64,000 nt of DNA from Marsupella aquatica (lineage: Eukaryota > Plantae > Marchantiophyta). The DNA lies in the NCBI GenBank assembly GCA_973895155.1, contig OZ316891.1, forward strand, positions 22,023,168 through 22,087,167, in the 5' to 3' direction. Made by a program: the position numbers and the translations under genes. The notes under the pieces were generated by a model that worked only from the letters and a program-made list of their open reading frames with translations, searched no databases and was not told the origin of the DNA. Shown in pieces: positions 60,890-64,000 of the stretch (its first letter is position 1; every line of letters begins with the position of its first letter).

Positions 60890-62430
60890 TTAATTTTTGG
60901 CATACGTATTGAGAAAGAGATAGGAAGTGCCTAGAATAAATACAGAGACAGGCAAGAAAGTAGATCAATTTCTCAGAGCTGGTTAATTGTCTGCCACTCC
61001 GCCAGTACAACACACGTCGAGAACTCTTGGTCGGTATTTTTCGAGTGCCCTATCAGCCTAATTAAAGTAACATTCCTGAATCTATCCCAAAAGAATCTAC
61101 CCTAAAGAATTCCCTAAATCCTTTACTGCCCTTTGAGACCAGTTGGGCAACTCTTAAACTTCCATGAAAGATTTTCTTATATACATTGGTTAAATTGTGG
61201 AAACCTCACGGGAGGGAGGAGCAAAGAGCACAAGTGCTTACACAAGGTGCAATGCCAACAACGGCCAGAAAAAAAGAAACAAACTCCAACCAGGGCGAGA
61301 ACCAGGACACCTCCGGAAAGGAGTAAGGCCACATCCAACCTCCCAGATCGGGTCCCAGATCTGATCAGAGAAACGCACTCATCTCCCTTCAAACTCAACC
61401 CTATAGTCTTGGAATGATCATTGAGAGATATACTTGATGGACCCCATGAGTGACCCGGACTTCAAATCAACGTATCTAAAATCTCATGGGGTCGCATAGA
61501 GTCCATCAAGTAACATTTTTGAATTTCCAGGGAAAAAACATACCTCAATAAGAATTGCCAGGGAAAAACTTCACTCAGCTGACCTGTGCAAGTTCTTGGC
61601 AACCTGGCTGAGTTGGAAGGTTCCCTACCCAAAGCCTGACGGGACAACTTATACCTGTTTTCTTGCGAGTAATAATTGATGAGGTTTCAACACTCGGCAC
61701 ATGATCTGACTTATCCCCTGTATCTATCCAGCCTTCTAAGGTACAGTTAGAGCCCACTGGCATGTTGCCGCCCTGAAGGATGCGGCCCTTGGCACTCGCG
61801 TAATCTCGGCAAAAAAAAAGATCTAGCTTTAAAACAGGATCTCCTCGAGTGCAACATCTCCAATTTTGATTTGTTCTGAATTCAAAGGTTGGGACGTCGG
61901 GACCTCCAAGGGCCGGAAGTTTCCGACCCATGCCCGTGGAATTCACAATGTGTGCAATCAGGCCTGGCATAGGATGGGGTTGTATCAAATTGTGCGAGTC
62001 AAGTTGAGGGCCCCATTCTTAAGGACTGAGTACATGCGAGTTGCGCCTTATAGTGCCACGAGTGTACCAGTGCCCGTCCTGCCTTCATCATATTACGCAG
62101 AGTAATCGCAGCAGCAGAAGAGAAAACAACAAACTCGGTAGGTGACGAAGACATCATAGCTGCACGAGAGGAAATTGGCCGAATGTACTTGCCTGGGCTG
62201 AGATTTAGTCTATAGGAATAATAGCGAGAGAATCAGCCGATAGACGAGGCTTTGCTTTCGGCCAAGAAGTGCAGAGTGGAGTAGAGCAGGGGTTGCGACT
62301 CTGTTATCATTTCGTTGCAGCTGTTGTTGTTGTGGGAGATGGCCGCGGTTTCAGCTACGATCGTGGGTGGTGGTCTCGGATCCGTTGCTGGGCGGCAGAC
62401 GGCTGCAACCCAGCTGTGGATCTCGATTGG
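60890..62430 (-). pseudogene. Decayed malectin-like receptor kinase (CrRLK1L-like) pseudogene
   Basis: Across frames and in order: LGCS..TTTHDRS*, PLLYSTLHF, YSYRLNLSPGKYIR, YSVLKNGALNLT, ALGGPDV, TM VALLLSGGVLVLALVGVCFFF, then kinase N-lobe remnants VYKK..LRVA..SKGFREFFR*ILL and LIRLIGH..VLAEW..PISFSIRM. Confidence 0.5.
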
Positions 62431-64000
62431 AGGCCGTAGCGAGCGCCCTTTGAGAAATTCGAGGACTGTCCGGTGCCGTTCCCCACCATGTTCCATTTCA
62501 GCTGGGTTCCATTCCTCCCCTTCGTCCATTTCAGCTGGTTTTTCGATGTTCGTATCTATTGTAGTAGAGTTGGTCATTGAAGAGAAGCTTTTCTGTGGTG
62601 TGCGTTACAATAATTCCTGGTCTAGACTGTATGGCATTGTCATCTGTTGGAGTTTAGTATTTTTCTGACATGAAAGCATCTTTGATGCTTCCTGTCTGCA
62701 ATCTGTGTTGTGCCGTGCTTACTGTAGCAGAGAGTGTTTTTTTATAACTGTCAATAGTGTCCTTGATATAGAACGATGAGACGCCTTGGAAGCTTCAGAG
62801 GTAGAACTCAAGTCCTGCGTATTTCTCTCGATATTGTGTCCACGTACAATGAGGACTGCTTCACTTGAGAGTTGACGATTTAAAAGCCAATGGGTGCATA
62901 GCATGTTAGCTTTTTCCACGGTTCCGTCCCAGTACGTGAGTGCAATTTGTGTGGTGTGGCTTTAGTCGTATTGTGGCGTTTCGTTGGATAGATTTGCTGT
63001 TGGTCGGAGTTCCTGGGCTCTATTTCTAAGGAAGGAAGGAAGTATTGTTCAGCCCTCACTAGCTCGGGAATCTAACTTCTAGGTGTTGGCATTGTCAGGG
63101 CCGATGGTAGGTAAACTGCATATGGACACCTGCTGCGGGGCGACCCAAGTAGAGGTCGTCCGTGAAATGTGCAGCGGCAGTCCAAAACAAACCCATCGGA
63201 AGCGACCAAATGCTGGTTCGATGCAGACTTTGGAACTCCGTCTTGATGTCCATGCTGCCCGTAAAATCAGAGTAGAAAAATAAAGCAAAGCTGAATTCTG
63301 TCAATTCAATTACTTTGAAGTCGCACATTTTAGTACCACAGGGGCTCACCGATTAGCAGATTTTAGTATTTTTAGTATTTTAATATTTTTGTTCTCGGCA
63401 CGCTTCATTTTTATTGCAGTTTTAGTAGTGTGAGATCTATCCTTTACGATTTGTTGTCTTGACAGGTATACGTTCCGCCGCATCCCCTCATCAAGCACTT
63501 CATGTCAATTCTTCGCAATGAGGTTACTCCACCTGCTCTATTCAGTAAGTACAATTACTAGCGCCTTATGAAGATTTTGGCCCCACTGTATTTGATGTAC
63601 TGAAATAGCCCTGAATATTAGTGGTGGACTTTACTGCAGAACTGTTTGGGCAGGGAACCTTTGATAGCATTATCCAAACCTTAGCTTTATGTTATTGATC
63701 ACAATTTTAAAAGATCGCGTCTTTCAGACAGATATACTGCCACATATTGTTGCAACCCATGGTTGTGCGGGATCCTTCATGCCAGTTTCATAGTACCAAA
63801 TTCCTGGCCTAAGTTCGTATTGTTGTTTGGTGATTGAAAACCTTCCCGACTCTTCTATGTCAAACAGTGAGTGCAATGTCGGAGCTGGGACGGCTTTTGA
63901 TTTATGAAGCCTCCCGTGATTGGCTGGTAAGATTTTAAAACAGCTGGGACTATACACCGGAAAGAGGTCAAGGGATAGCGTTCAAGGCCCTTCGTTTTGT

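Overview
Eukaryotic, repeat-rich land-plant DNA; the gene set and element types suggest a bryophyte or other early-diverging lineage (inference). Host genes: a long single-exon protein whose BTB/POZ domain looks split by a ~515-aa insert (7976-10579, -), a possible downstream exon (6867-7601, -), a small MGxxxCC-start ORF (14986-15582), an ankyrin-repeat protein (15867-17441), a 3-exon ELIP (21909-22822), an intronless STY8/17/46-like Raf kinase with a degenerate ACT domain (29274-31037, -), and a decayed malectin-like receptor kinase (~60890-62430, -). Mobile DNA: nested TIR elements including a hAT-type MITE with an 8-bp TSD (1419-2056), two foldback MITEs, a near-intact CRE-clade RLE non-LTR retrotransposon with a ~190-bp 5' tandem array (~37960-42700), a tRNA-derived SINE inside a (TATAG)n tract, and several minisatellites. 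The most unusual feature is a Helentron/Helitron2-type Rep-Pif1 gene (46326-50449, -). It is followed by an overlapping spliced ~240-aa orphan ORF and directly preceded, on the same strand, by scrambled tandem fragments of Ty3/Gypsy gag, zinc knuckle and aspartic protease. All calls are from motif reading by eye; no searches were run.
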